Virus record (IMG/VR): IMGVR_UViG_3300032315_000554
Location: 1 to 60,928 of that record
Length of the DNA: 60,928 bases
Direction: 5' to 3' (one strand)
Origin: a virus
Lineage: Duplodnaviria > Caudoviricetes
Numbering within the stretch: the first letter of the stretch is position 1; every line of letters starts with the position of its first letter. The notes beneath the pieces are model-generated. The model had not been told where the DNA came from and did no database searches. It worked only from the letters and a program-made list of their open reading frames with translations. Positions 1-8,666 of the stretch are shown in pieces. The position numbers were made by a program, and so were the translations under genes.

Positions 1-123
1 TGAAAAATAAAGCCACCCACTACGGAACCTGCCAACTTTGCGGTTCCTTACAGAAACTCCCGAGCGGCGTTTTAGCTCAGCACGGGTACCAAATCCACTG
101 GCACCAGTTCGAGGGCGTCTGCA
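1..123. repeat. Terminal direct repeat copy 1 (circular assembly overlap)
   Basis: Bases 1-123 are identical to 60806-60928, and an ORF reads through the junction. Confidence 0.95.
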
Positions 124-737
124 AAGGATCGGGACACCTCCCGTTCGAGCAGTCCAAATGCATTGCCGAGGCGCAGATCGTACTCAGCGAGGAGTACCTC
201 CAGTCCAACGCCAAGCCCGTTGATCCGGGTTGGAAGTTCAGGCACAACAGTCCCGAGAAGGTCGAGTACAATCACCTGCTCAACGTCCGTAGGGGACATG
301 AGAGTTGGCTTCGTTTCCTCAAGCCCCGTGTCTCGAAGTGGAGCGTGAAGCCGTTGAAAGAGGTTCGCGAAGAGGACGCCAAAGCCGAGACGATCAAGGT
401 CGCCTCGCGCAACGTCCGCCAACTCGCCTCGTTCCGAAATGACGCCAAGTACGACCTGAGCCTTGCCATCGATGCCGTTGACAAGATCGTCGGATGGTCC
501 GAGTTCGGTTGCCTCAACTCATCGAATGGCGTGAATGTCGCAACGCGCATCCTGAGCAGCAACGGCACCAACAGCTACGGCAATGCCTTCAGCCTCGACG
601 ATGCCGAAGCCGCCATCAGCCACCTCCTGACCGCTCAAGCCGTCTGGCTCGACGCCAAGGCCAAGGCGGACGAGGCCAAAGCAGCCTTCGAGGCGGACAA
701 GGCACAGGCTCGCCGGGAGGCCCGGAAAGCCGCCTAG
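1..737 (+). CDS. Early hypothetical protein spanning the junction (starts at ATG 60805, about 245 aa), Cys/His-rich N-terminus
   Basis: ATG 60805 reads MKNKATHYGTCQLCG...AQHGY...CKGSGHLPFE without a stop into the frame of track ORF 345..737; a promoter and C/A-rich leader lie upstream. Confidence 0.85.
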   Translation, partial: KNKATHYGTCQLCGSLQKLPSGVLAQHGYQIHWHQFEGVCKGSGHLPFEQSKCIAEAQIVLSEEYLQSNAKPVDPGWKFRHNSPEKVEYNHLLNVRRGHESWLRFLKPRVSKWSVKPLKEVREEDAKAETIKVASRNVRQLASFRNDAKYDLSLAIDAVDKIVGWSEFGCLNSSNGVNVATRILSSNGTNSYGNAFSLDDAEAAISHLLTAQAVWLDAKAKADEAKAAFEADKAQARREARKAA

Positions 738-763
738 AAGCCCCGTAGAGACCGTTTCCCGGT

Positions 764-796
764 GCCCCGGAGGTTCGATTCCTCCGGGGCTTTTTT
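764..796 (+). terminator. Intrinsic terminator
   Basis: GCCCCGGAGG-TTCGATT-CCTCCGGGGC followed by T6. Confidence 0.85.
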
Positions 797-848
797 CTGT
801 CCATCTGGTAGTGGCGAAAAAAAGTGACTACCACCCAAAAAAACCCGG

Positions 849-888
849 TTGACGAACCCAAGCAGCTTGGGGTAATGTCCTACTCGTT
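849..888 (+). promoter_or_regulatory. Sigma70-type early promoter, near-leaderless
   Basis: TTGACG-18nt-TAATGT-CCTACTCGTT-ATG(889); the spacer holds inverted repeat CCCAAG-CAG-CTTGGG. Confidence 0.75.
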
Positions 889-1443
889 ATGGAAACACAT
901 ACCACCACAACGGGCGCGGGGAATTCCGCCGCGCACAACGTCTTGTACAAAGTTCGCAGCAAACAGGCGGGAAAGTTCTTCGGAAACGTGGGACGTTTTC
1001 CTAGCCTGTTCAACCCAGAGGTCGAGGTTGAGAAATGGGCATTCGGCGCGACCGAGCGTTACGCCTCGATTCTGACCGAAGATCGGGTCCGCAACTTGTA
1101 CCGCAACTTCGAGCCGTCCGATCTCGAAACGGTCCAACTCAACGGCAAAGGCACCGTGATCTTGAAAAACAAGCTCACCGGGAAGTACTACGCTGACGGC
1201 AAGAGCTTCAACGTAGACGAGGACGAGGCTACCGTGATCGCGATTCCTAGCCCCGAGTACCACACGATCAAGTACAGCTACGATCTGACCGAGGTCTGGC
1301 ACATCGTGCATCCCGGCGCTCCGGGTGCCAACGCCACTTGGGACAAGTTCCTAATCGACCTTAGCGACCTGTACCCGGTTGACGCCGAGGACTCGGCCAC
1401 AGACGAGGAACTGGCGCATGCAGGCGTCCGCCTGAGGCGCTAA
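889..1443 (+). CDS. Early hypothetical protein (184 aa)
   Basis: ORF directly after promoter. Confidence 0.85.
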   Translation: METHTTTTGAGNSAAHNVLYKVRSKQAGKFFGNVGRFPSLFNPEVEVEKWAFGATERYASILTEDRVRNLYRNFEPSDLETVQLNGKGTVILKNKLTGKYYADGKSFNVDEDEATVIAIPSPEYHTIKYSYDLTEVWHIVHPGAPGANATWDKFLIDLSDLYPVDAEDSATDEELAHAGVRLRR

Positions 1444-1451
1444 AAAACACG

Positions 1452-1480
1452 TTGACGGCATGGGGTGAAAGCCCCATGCT
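1452..1480 (+). promoter_or_regulatory. Sigma70-type promoter
   Basis: TTGACG-17nt-CATGCT, followed by the GCTCAATAGAGC hairpin also found at 2877. Confidence 0.6.
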
Positions 1481-1515
1481 GGCAACGCTCAATAGAGCAT
1501 CAAATAAATACATCA

Positions 1516-1683
1516 ATGAAACTGCCACACGAAAAACTAGGTATCTCGGAACTGGCTTACAACCTTGCGTACTCGCAGGGCTACCGGGATGGATTCAGCA
1601 AAAGCAACACATCGTACAAGCGCGGGACTGCTCTGCGCCGTGCGTATGACAAAGGGCGCCGGGACGCTCGGAGGTTCTTCTAA
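1516..1683 (+). CDS. Small basic protein (55 aa), AYxxGY..G pattern
   Basis: ATG after AATAAATACATCA; stop overlaps the next start. Confidence 0.7.
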   Translation: MKLPHEKLGISELAYNLAYSQGYRDGFSKSNTSYKRGTALRRAYDKGRRDARRFF

Positions 1684-1985
1684 TGGGACGCACCGATCTC
1701 ACCCCGGAGGCTTACAACCAAGCCGTCAGCATCCTCATCGCCAAGCTCAACGAGGCGCTGGATCGCAGCAAACTCGCACACGATGTCTATGTGCGTCACG
1801 AAACGCTCGGTGACACGCTTTACAGCTACGTCACCGTGACGGGTTCCAACCCGAAAAAGGAGACCATCCACAAGGTGCTCTACTTCCTGTCCGGGTTCAT
1901 CAATATCGGACTAGGACGTGGAGCCGGGCGCCACACCGATGACCGGGCGAGCTTCACGCTCAAACGCAAAATCGACAACGTGTGA
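1683..1985 (+). CDS. Hypothetical protein (100 aa)
   Basis: TAATG coupling; followed by a terminator. Confidence 0.8.
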   Translation: MGRTDLTPEAYNQAVSILIAKLNEALDRSKLAHDVYVRHETLGDTLYSYVTVTGSNPKKETIHKVLYFLSGFINIGLGRGAGRHTDDRASFTLKRKIDNV

Positions 1986-2003
1986 GTCGAACGGTCGTTT
2001 GAC

Positions 2004-2034
2004 AAAAGACCCCGGAGGAAACTCCGGGGTTTTT
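2004..2034 (+). terminator. Intrinsic terminator
   Basis: ACCCCGGAG-GAAA-CTCCGGGGT then T-run. Confidence 0.85.
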
Positions 2035-2051
2035 CTCTGTAAAATTAGGTA

Positions 2052-2090
2052 TTGACCCCCATGCCGGGCGGTAGTAGTATTACCCCTGTT
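2052..2090 (+). promoter_or_regulatory. Sigma70-type early promoter, near-leaderless
   Basis: TTGACC-17nt-TAGTAT-TACCCCTGTT-ATG(2091). Confidence 0.75.
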
Positions 2091-2765
2091 ATGCCAAAAC
2101 ATAGCACCACCATCCGACTGCGTCCCGTGAATCACGGGACGTGCGCGGCAGAACGCAACCGATTCTGCGGACCATCCGCATTGTCGGCTGCAACAGGCAT
2201 GCAGTCCGGCGAAGCCGCCAGACTGCTTCGTAAGGTCAGTGGTCGTAACAAGATCACTGGATGTCAGACGCACCACCTCCGTAGTGCGTTCGAGTTGTGC
2301 AACGTCACTGTGTCATACGTCCCCAACTGGCGTGATGGCGCCAAGACGCTCGGCCAATGGCTCAAGGCGTCAGCGTCATGGCGCAAGCGCAAGGTGTACC
2401 TCGTCGTTGCTGGCAACCACTTCCAACTGGTGCAGGGACGTAGCTACGTCTGCGGCATCAGCCGGGACGTGGTATCGCAGAAGCACCCGGTTGTTAAACG
2501 CAAGGCTCGCATCACCGAGGTGTACGAGTTGCGCGTGAAGCCGGGGTGCCACATCGAGATCCCGGCGGACGCTCGCAAGCCGAAGCTGACTCGGAAGGTT
2601 GACGAGAACTACCGAGACTTCCGGGCGTACTGCAAAGAGCGCGGACTGACGTACAGGATCGCGTACGATGACTACATCGAGTTCTCGGACGGAATCCAGT
2701 TCCCGTGGTACGGTTGCTGGAGCGAGGCGCTGGAGCGTCATCAGGACCGCTTTGGCGAGGAGTAG
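2091..2765 (+). CDS. Early hypothetical protein (224 aa); CGP...H pattern could be a Cys-peptidase-like fold
   Basis: Start reassigned to ATG 2091 after the promoter; FCGPSALS and GNHF motifs. Confidence 0.75.
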   Translation: MPKHSTTIRLRPVNHGTCAAERNRFCGPSALSAATGMQSGEAARLLRKVSGRNKITGCQTHHLRSAFELCNVTVSYVPNWRDGAKTLGQWLKASASWRKRKVYLVVAGNHFQLVQGRSYVCGISRDVVSQKHPVVKRKARITEVYELRVKPGCHIEIPADARKPKLTRKVDENYRDFRAYCKERGLTYRIAYDDYIEFSDGIQFPWYGCWSEALERHQDRFGEE

Positions 2766-2841
2766 CGTTACGGGTCCGGGCGGAGTTCAATCCCCTGCCC
2801 GGACATCCGAAATATCCCATTTAACAGAGTAAAAAAGTAGG

Positions 2842-2870
2842 TTGACTCCCCCCCGGGCATAGGCAATACT
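2842..2870 (+). promoter_or_regulatory. Sigma70-type promoter
   Basis: TTGACT-17nt-AATACT, with an A-tract upstream and GCTCAATAGAGC near +1. Confidence 0.65.
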
Positions 2871-2910
2871 TTCCATGCTCAATAGAGCAAAAACATCAAT
2901 ACATACATCA

Positions 2911-3645
2911 ATGAAAAATAACGGCTACTTCATCAGCACCGGGTTCAAAAACGGTTTCTACACACTCAAGCAGCTTGTCTTCGAGACTCGCTACGCACAG
3001 GGATGCAGCGGTCAATGGGTCGCAGCTTCCTGCGACGAGAAAGAAGTTTTCTACCAGAACCTCAGCACTGATCGTGATGAGGCGCTTCGCAAGGCCAAGG
3101 AGTTGACTGGCTATGACCTCAGCATCAACTTCGACCTCGACGAGATCGAGCGCCTCAAGGCCGAAGAGTACGCTCGCATCCGCGCCGAGAAGCAGGCGGC
3201 TTTCGAGGCGACTGACTGGAGCGTCTTCCAGTTTGGCAAGTACCAAGGTCTCTCGGTCTATGACGTGTTCGATAAAGATCCCGGATACGTCGAGTGGTTC
3301 GCCGGGACTGGCGTCAGCGTCAACGACGAGGGCAAGGCCCGTACCCGTCAATATTGCATCGAGCTTGCCGCGCCCGTCATCGAGGCCCGTAAGGCCAAGG
3401 AAAGCTCGGAGGCTCAAGCCATCATCGCCGCCTTGGGCGAGGACAAGGTCAAGCATGCCGCTGAATACACCGAAGGCTTTGCCTCTGACGTTAGCAGCCA
3501 ACTTCTGCACGGCGCGGTGCCTAGCACTAGGGCTTTGTGGATCCTCGCCGAGATCTTTGCCAAGCAATCCGGGCGCCGAAACAGCAAGGCGTACAAAGCG
3601 GCTTTCGAGAAGATCGAGGACGCACTGCAGATAGCACTCATCTAA
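2911..3645 (+). CDS. Hypothetical protein with FGKY(Q)G...DPGYVEW motif (DUF3820/ExoX C-terminal-like)
   Basis: Motif FQFGKYQGLSVYDVFDKDPGYVEWF; start after ATACATACATCA. Confidence 0.75.
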   Translation: MKNNGYFISTGFKNGFYTLKQLVFETRYAQGCSGQWVAASCDEKEVFYQNLSTDRDEALRKAKELTGYDLSINFDLDEIERLKAEEYARIRAEKQAAFEATDWSVFQFGKYQGLSVYDVFDKDPGYVEWFAGTGVSVNDEGKARTRQYCIELAAPVIEARKAKESSEAQAIIAALGEDKVKHAAEYTEGFASDVSSQLLHGAVPSTRALWILAEIFAKQSGRRNSKAYKAAFEKIEDALQIALI

Positions 3646-3724
3646 ATTTCGCCAGCACAACACAAACCAAACAGTGGGGGCCGGGCGCTGGCGGCTCGGT
3701 CCCCGCACAATCAGAGATAAATAC

Positions 3725-3958
3725 ATGACACTGAAAAAACCACCAATGACGATCCGCATGGGTCAGGTCGCCGGGTTCATCGCGCTCGGCTACCTCAACA
3801 AAGAAACCGCCGACGAACTTGGCATCTCCGTCAAAACGGTCGAGAAGCACCGAGGCAGGCTGATGGCTGCTTTCGGGCTGCGTAACACGGCAGACATCAC
3901 CCGGTTCGCAATCCTGCACCGGATTATCTCGCTCAAGACCGAAAATCAGTTCAACTAA
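3725..3958 (+). CDS. LuxR/GerE-type helix-turn-helix transcription regulator
   Basis: GYLNKETADELGISVKTVEKHRGRLMAAFGLRNTADITRFAI matches the LuxR C-terminal HTH. Confidence 0.9.
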   Translation: MTLKKPPMTIRMGQVAGFIALGYLNKETADELGISVKTVEKHRGRLMAAFGLRNTADITRFAILHRIISLKTENQFN

Positions 3959-3974
3959 ATGGCACAATATTGCA

Positions 3975-4002
3975 TTGACGCCCGGCGCCCGGCGCTTAGC
4001 CT
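3975..4002 (+). promoter_or_regulatory. Probable promoter of the recombination/replication operon
   Basis: TTGACG-16nt (CCCGGCG tandem)-TAGCCT. Confidence 0.5.
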
Positions 4003-4021
4003 CTCACCAATAAATACATTT

Positions 4022-4162
4022 ATGAACCTCACCCATCTCAAGCTGGTCCTCTCGGACCTCGCTTCACTCAGAACCGGGACTGACATCGTCATTGTTCTCG
4101 GCTTCGCAATACTCTTCGTGGGCATCGTGTTGATCCCGGTGATCGACGCACTCGCGAACTAA
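4022..4162 (+). CDS. Small membrane protein (46 aa)
   Basis: One hydrophobic segment IVIVLGFAILFVGIVLIPVI; AATAAATAC leader. Confidence 0.7.
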   Translation: MNLTHLKLVLSDLASLRTGTDIVIVLGFAILFVGIVLIPVIDALAN

Positions 4163-4187
4163 CCCAAACACACACACCAATAAATAC

Positions 4188-4970
4188 ATGAGCAATCAAC
4201 TCACTGTTTCACCCGTGTCCGTTTCGGACATGGAACGCATGGCGACATCAATCGCCAAATCGGGTCTGTTCGGCATGAAAACTGTCGATCAGGCGTTGGC
4301 ACTAATGGTCGTAGCTGCAGCCGAGGGCAAGCACCCCGGCAGCGTTGCCGCCGAGTACCACATCATTCAAGGCAAAGCATCGCTCAAAGCCGATGCGATG
4401 CTCGCTCGCTTCCAGCAGGCAGGCGGCAAGGTCGAGTGGCATGACCACACCGACACCAAGGTCTCCGCGACCTTCTCTCACGCTCAGGGCGGATCGCTCC
4501 GCATTGACTGGGACTCGGCTCGGGCCAAGGCTGCTGGCTTGGGAGGCAAGGACAACTGGGCAAAGTACCCTCGCCAAATGCTCCGCGCCCGAGTGATCTC
4601 GGAAGGCGTCCGGGCGGTCTTCCCGGCAGTTTTGGGAGGCATGTACACGCCCGAGGAAGTCGTTGACTTCACGTCAGCGCCCGTCAGTGCCCCGGCGCCG
4701 ATCAAAGCGCCTGCAGCGCCCGTAAAGGCGCAGGAGGAGCCTCTGGTCATCGAGGCTGAACTGGTCGAGGACGATGGCGCCCCGGCATGGTACGAGGAGT
4801 TCAACAAGTCCTTTGGTCCGCATGAGGAGGCAATCAATGCTTTCCTGCTGGCTAAGGAGCAGATTGGCACCTTGGAGACATGGCGCGACCTGTCTGAGGG
4901 AGCGTACCGTAAACGCATCGTCGCTGCACCGGACAAGTTCCTTGCGGCGGTAGCCAAGGGAGCCAAGTGA
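4188..4970 (+). CDS. RecT-like single-strand annealing recombinase
   Basis: HIIQGKASLKADAM and WAKYPRQMLRARVIS...GMYTPEE motifs; adjacent to the exonuclease. Confidence 0.8.
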   Translation: MSNQLTVSPVSVSDMERMATSIAKSGLFGMKTVDQALALMVVAAAEGKHPGSVAAEYHIIQGKASLKADAMLARFQQAGGKVEWHDHTDTKVSATFSHAQGGSLRIDWDSARAKAAGLGGKDNWAKYPRQMLRARVISEGVRAVFPAVLGGMYTPEEVVDFTSAPVSAPAPIKAPAAPVKAQEEPLVIEAELVEDDGAPAWYEEFNKSFGPHEEAINAFLLAKEQIGTLETWRDLSEGAYRKRIVAAPDKFLAAVAKGAK

Positions 4971-6013
4971 GCACCAGCATTCGCCCATCGAGCCTGCCGA
5001 AATTGGCAGTCGCCAGTGGCGGATGCGCCTGCTTCGAGTCGTCGCCGGGGACATCCCCGGCGGCGGCAAGGGGCTTGCGTATGGACGCAGCGTTTCGCTC
5101 AGCTTTCGGTGGTGATTCGTCTCCGCTGCATGCGCTCGAACCCGAGGAGCAGGACGCCGTGACGTGGGCTGTAGCGACCACAAAACGATTCGCTGGCGAC
5201 AGCAACATCGTCACCGACGAGGATAACCTGAAGGTCGTTGTCCCCGGCATGGAGCACCACACCGGGACGGAAGACGCCCGAGTGCCTGACCTGTCGTTGT
5301 CTCTCGACTTGAAGTCTGGTCAGATCCGCAACTACCGGGAGCAGATGGCTGCATATGCGCTCGGAAACATGAACGCATACTTCGTTCCAAAGTGGACGTG
5401 CGTCTTGCTGTTCGCGGACCAGAAGGCTGAGATTGTCTTCGAGTTCACGTTCGACGAGGCGAAAGCCATCGTGGACGAGGTGCTCGCGGACTTCCATGAC
5501 CCGGACAAGGTTGCTACCCCGTGCGACTACTGCTGCTGGTGCGCGAAGAAGAACACTTGCACGGCACTCGTTCGTCCCATCGCCGAGTCGCTGGAGATCA
5601 TCGAGGCGCCGAAGCTGACGCTCGAAGACATGAAGCATCAGTTGGTGAGCAACCCTGTCCGTCTCGGTGCGTTCCTCGCAGCAGCCAACATCTTCAAAAA
5701 GGAGTTGTGGGACTACGCGAAGGATCACGCCAAGACCGTGATGGAGCGAGGCGAAGAGGTTCCCGGCTGGAAGCTCAGCAAGACCAAGGGGAGCGAGGTA
5801 TTCGACACGCTCGCCATCATCGAGGCTGCGCTCACCACCGAGGCTACGATGACAGACGTTGTCGAGTTGATGGGCGGAGAGATCGACGGCAAGAAGTTCC
5901 GCGAGTGGGCGGAGAAGCGTGGTTACACGCCTTCCGCACTCGAAGCGAAAAACAAACCCGGCTTCACGCGCATGCTTGAAGTCAAAGGAAAGAAGAAACA
6001 GCTAACTCAATAA
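4967..6013 (+). CDS. Cas4-like PD-(D/E)XK exonuclease (DUF2800-like)
   Basis: GTED...DLKSG...QMAAYA and CDYCCWC...C cluster; RPSS N-terminus. Confidence 0.8.
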   Translation: MSTSIRPSSLPKLAVASGGCACFESSPGTSPAAARGLRMDAAFRSAFGGDSSPLHALEPEEQDAVTWAVATTKRFAGDSNIVTDEDNLKVVVPGMEHHTGTEDARVPDLSLSLDLKSGQIRNYREQMAAYALGNMNAYFVPKWTCVLLFADQKAEIVFEFTFDEAKAIVDEVLADFHDPDKVATPCDYCCWCAKKNTCTALVRPIAESLEIIEAPKLTLEDMKHQLVSNPVRLGAFLAAANIFKKELWDYAKDHAKTVMERGEEVPGWKLSKTKGSEVFDTLAIIEAALTTEATMTDVVELMGGEIDGKKFREWAEKRGYTPSALEAKNKPGFTRMLEVKGKKKQLTQ

Positions 6014-6017
6014 ATAC

Positions 6018-6323
6018 ATGAATACATTAGGTGCAGAATTGCGTGATCAGGGAGCCGCTCAGGTGAGCGGAAACACTCCTGACGAGTGGCGGAACTACGT
6101 TGACGGTCTCATCAGGACGATGGCGCTGTCAGGTCAGGAGTTCACCGCCGAGGACGTTCGAGACTACTCGGGAGATCCTCCGAATCATCCTAACGCTATG
6201 GGCGCCCGGTTCCTGAGCGCCGTGCGTCAAGGTGTCATCGTGCGAAGCGGCTTCGCAAACTCCCGGCGCCGTAGCAGGCATGCCGGGGTAATCGCGGTCT
6301 ACCGGGGGGCGTCCGATGTCTAA
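6018..6323 (+). CDS. Hypothetical protein, possible winged-helix DNA binder
   Basis: FTAEDVR...HPNAMGA motif; AATAAATAC leader. Confidence 0.75.
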   Translation: MNTLGAELRDQGAAQVSGNTPDEWRNYVDGLIRTMALSGQEFTAEDVRDYSGDPPNHPNAMGARFLSAVRQGVIVRSGFANSRRRSRHAGVIAVYRGASDV

Positions 6324-7026
6324 GAAGAAGGCTCCCGCATTCCAGTTCTATCCCGGCGACTGGCTTGGATCCCAACGTGTCACCCTCATGTCTCTCGAAG
6401 AGGAGGGGGCATACATCCGGCTTCTGAGCTACTGCTGGCAACACGGCAGCATTCCCCGCGAACCCGAGAAGATCGCTCGCCTCATAGGCAAAGGCGCCTC
6501 GATCACTCTGGCTCAGTCTGTCGCAACCATGTTCCAACCACCCTTGGACAATGGTTCGATGGTTGGTGACGTGTTGGTTCACGATAGGTTGCAAGCACAA
6601 CGCGACGAGTACGATGCTTGGCTCGAAAAAAGCCGCCGAGGAGGCAAGGCATCAGCCGAGGCTCGGAGACGCAACAGAGTAGAAGGCGAACCACCCTTGC
6701 AACCACCCTTGCAACCAAACGGCAACACTACATCTTCATCTACATCTACAATAGATATAGAGAGAGAGAGAACGCCGTCACTCGACGAGGTGCTGGCCTT
6801 TGCCAATCAGATCGGTCTGGCGGCATGGCGAGCCGAGGACTGGTGGAACGAGATGGAGTCCGTCAACTGGCTCGATCACCGTGGGCGCCCGGTGCATAAG
6901 TGGCAGAATAGTCTCGCACGGGTGCGGACAAACTGGGCGGCACTTGGCAGTCCGATGCAGCCGATCAGCTACAGCAAGACTCAGAAAGATTCCAAGCCTG
7001 AGCGGAGGTCAAAGTATGAGTTCTGA
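6316..7026 (+). CDS. Replication initiator, YdaU/DUF1376-like
   Basis: PAFQFYPGDWL...MSLEEEGAYIRLL..W N-terminus; internal iterons; loader gene follows. Confidence 0.85.
   Translation: MSKKKAPAFQFYPGDWLGSQRVTLMSLEEEGAYIRLLSYCWQHGSIPREPEKIARLIGKGASITLAQSVATMFQPPLDNGSMVGDVLVHDRLQAQRDEYDAWLEKSRRGGKASAEARRRNRVEGEPPLQPPLQPNGNTTSSSTSTIDIERERTPSLDEVLAFANQIGLAAWRAEDWWNEMESVNWLDHRGRPVHKWQNSLARVRTNWAALGSPMQPISYSKTQKDSKPERRSKYEF
6536..6772. repeat. Putative replication origin: AACCACCCTTG iterons followed by an AT/AG-rich tract
   Basis: Copies at 6536, 6689 and 6701 (partial at 6713) inside the initiator gene, as in the lambda O/ori arrangement. Confidence 0.65.
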
Positions 7027-7747
7027 AGTCGCCGAGGTATCAAATGATACCGTCCGCAAGCGTGAGACCCGGCCATGCGCGGAGTGCTTCACTGATGTCG
7101 AGGCTGACGTGATCGAGTTCGCCGGGAGGCGCATCGAGTTCACCGTGGTCTGCGACGAGTGCGAGAAGAAACTACTCGCCGAGCAGGACGAGAAGGACAA
7201 TGTCGAGCGCAGTAGCAGGCTAATAAAGGAGTTTAATGACCTGTGTCCTCCGCTGTATCAGGACACTGACCTCACGCGCATCTACTCGGGCTTCGCTCGG
7301 GCGGCTACGCATTGGCCCTACGGACCAAAAGGCGTGACCCTGATCGGCGCGGCAGGTGAAGGCAAGACCCGTGCCGCATGGATGTTGCTCAAACGCATGC
7401 ATATGGCCGGGAAGAAGGTCTACGGATTGACAGGCACTCAGCTTGGAAAGTTTGCCGCTGACCAGTGGCACTCTCGGGCCGACGAGAAGCGCAACGCTGA
7501 GGAAGCTATCGACCGATGCAGGCAGTGCTCCCTGCTGCTCATCGATGACTTGGGCAAGCAGAAGTTCACCGAGAGGGCTGAGCTTGAGTTGTACGATATT
7601 TTAGAATATCGCACTTCGCACTTGCGCCCAACCATTGTGACTGCTAATTCGGACGGTAAGGAACTATTAAACATGCTTTCGGAGGACCGAGGAGAACCGA
7701 TCCTTCGCCGAATCCAAGAGTTCTCAACAACCATCAAGAAGAAATAA
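7016..7747 (+). CDS. DnaC/IstB-like AAA+ helicase loader
   Basis: CxxC..CxxC; Walker A GAAGEGKT; Walker B LLLIDDLG; PTIVTAN. Confidence 0.9.
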   Translation: MSSEVAEVSNDTVRKRETRPCAECFTDVEADVIEFAGRRIEFTVVCDECEKKLLAEQDEKDNVERSSRLIKEFNDLCPPLYQDTDLTRIYSGFARAATHWPYGPKGVTLIGAAGEGKTRAAWMLLKRMHMAGKKVYGLTGTQLGKFAADQWHSRADEKRNAEEAIDRCRQCSLLLIDDLGKQKFTERAELELYDILEYRTSHLRPTIVTANSDGKELLNMLSEDRGEPILRRIQEFSTTIKKK

Positions 7748-7749
7748 AT

Positions 7750-8088
7750 ATGAATACATATGATGGAACCTATCACGGGTTCCCCCTTAAAGCGCAGGAC
7801 GATAGTGAACCAGACTGTCGTAGAACAAGTTGGTCGGTGCTCGTAGACAACGAGTGGCATGAGATCGTTTGCTGCTCGCTGGACTGGCGTGAGAACGATG
7901 CAGCCAGCGCCATGATCAGTATCTTGAAGCGGAGCCGGGAGCATACCCGTGCGCTCGCAACCCAAGCACTGATGGAGGCTCAGGAAGTCGCAGGCAACGA
8001 ACCGACGAACGAACGGATTCGCCTGATCGCCAACTTGCTCAAGAGGGCGCTCAACTACGACGAGGAGTCCAAGCAGATCCCCGAGTGA
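7750..8088 (+). CDS. Hypothetical protein (112 aa)
   Basis: Operon-coupled ORF with AATAAAT leader. Confidence 0.75.
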   Translation: MNTYDGTYHGFPLKAQDDSEPDCRRTSWSVLVDNEWHEIVCCSLDWRENDAASAMISILKRSREHTRALATQALMEAQEVAGNEPTNERIRLIANLLKRALNYDEESKQIPE

Positions 8089-8666
8089 TGATGTTCACAA
8101 AGTACGGTTCGATCCCGCATCACAAATACATCCTCGTCGATTCGAGCTTCACGCATGAGTCGCCGATAGGTTGGCAAGAAGCCATGTGGGTAGGAGTCAC
8201 ATCAATCCCCGGACGTGCGTGGGGACTAAACGTAGTGTTCCGGCTCGGCGGCATGCTTTACCGCAACGTGCCGCCGCATGCTGTCGCGTTCGCCCCGGAA
8301 CCCGAGTCGCTTTGGTGCGTGGACAACGCTCAGGCATGGAACTGCTACAGCGACCACTTCGTTGTCTACGACGATCCGGTGCTGTCCGGGATGAGGCTGA
8401 ACGCTAAGACATCCGCCGGGATCACTCCCGGTGAGTTCATGTTCGCCACTGGTCACATGCGTGACGGCTGGAGCGAGGCTCCCGAGCAGGACAAGATGTT
8501 CATGTGGTGCAGGCTCGACAACGGACGCCTGACGATTCAGCCAAACAATCACGTCACGTTTTTCGACTCGTCGTTCATCATCAATTGTTCGCCCACACCG
8601 AGGCTGCTGCTGCAGGAGACCTTCGCTCAGGTCGATGAGAAGCAGAACTACAAGTACGACTTCTAA
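8088..8666 (+). CDS. Conserved phage hypothetical protein
   Basis: SIPGRAW, YRNVPPHA, WNCYS and QPNN motifs; coupled to neighbours. Confidence 0.8.
   Translation: MMFTKYGSIPHHKYILVDSSFTHESPIGWQEAMWVGVTSIPGRAWGLNVVFRLGGMLYRNVPPHAVAFAPEPESLWCVDNAQAWNCYSDHFVVYDDPVLSGMRLNAKTSAGITPGEFMFATGHMRDGWSEAPEQDKMFMWCRLDNGRLTIQPNNHVTFFDSSFIINCSPTPRLLLQETFAQVDEKQNYKYDF

Noticed and set aside
1-123. Biological terminal repeat of the virion DNA
   Set aside because: It cuts inside a CDS one base into the start codon and has a k-mer-like length, so it is better explained as assembler circular overlap
4967-6013. CRISPR-associated Cas4
   Set aside because: It lies next to a RecT-like gene with no cas1 or array, so it is a typical phage recombination exonuclease
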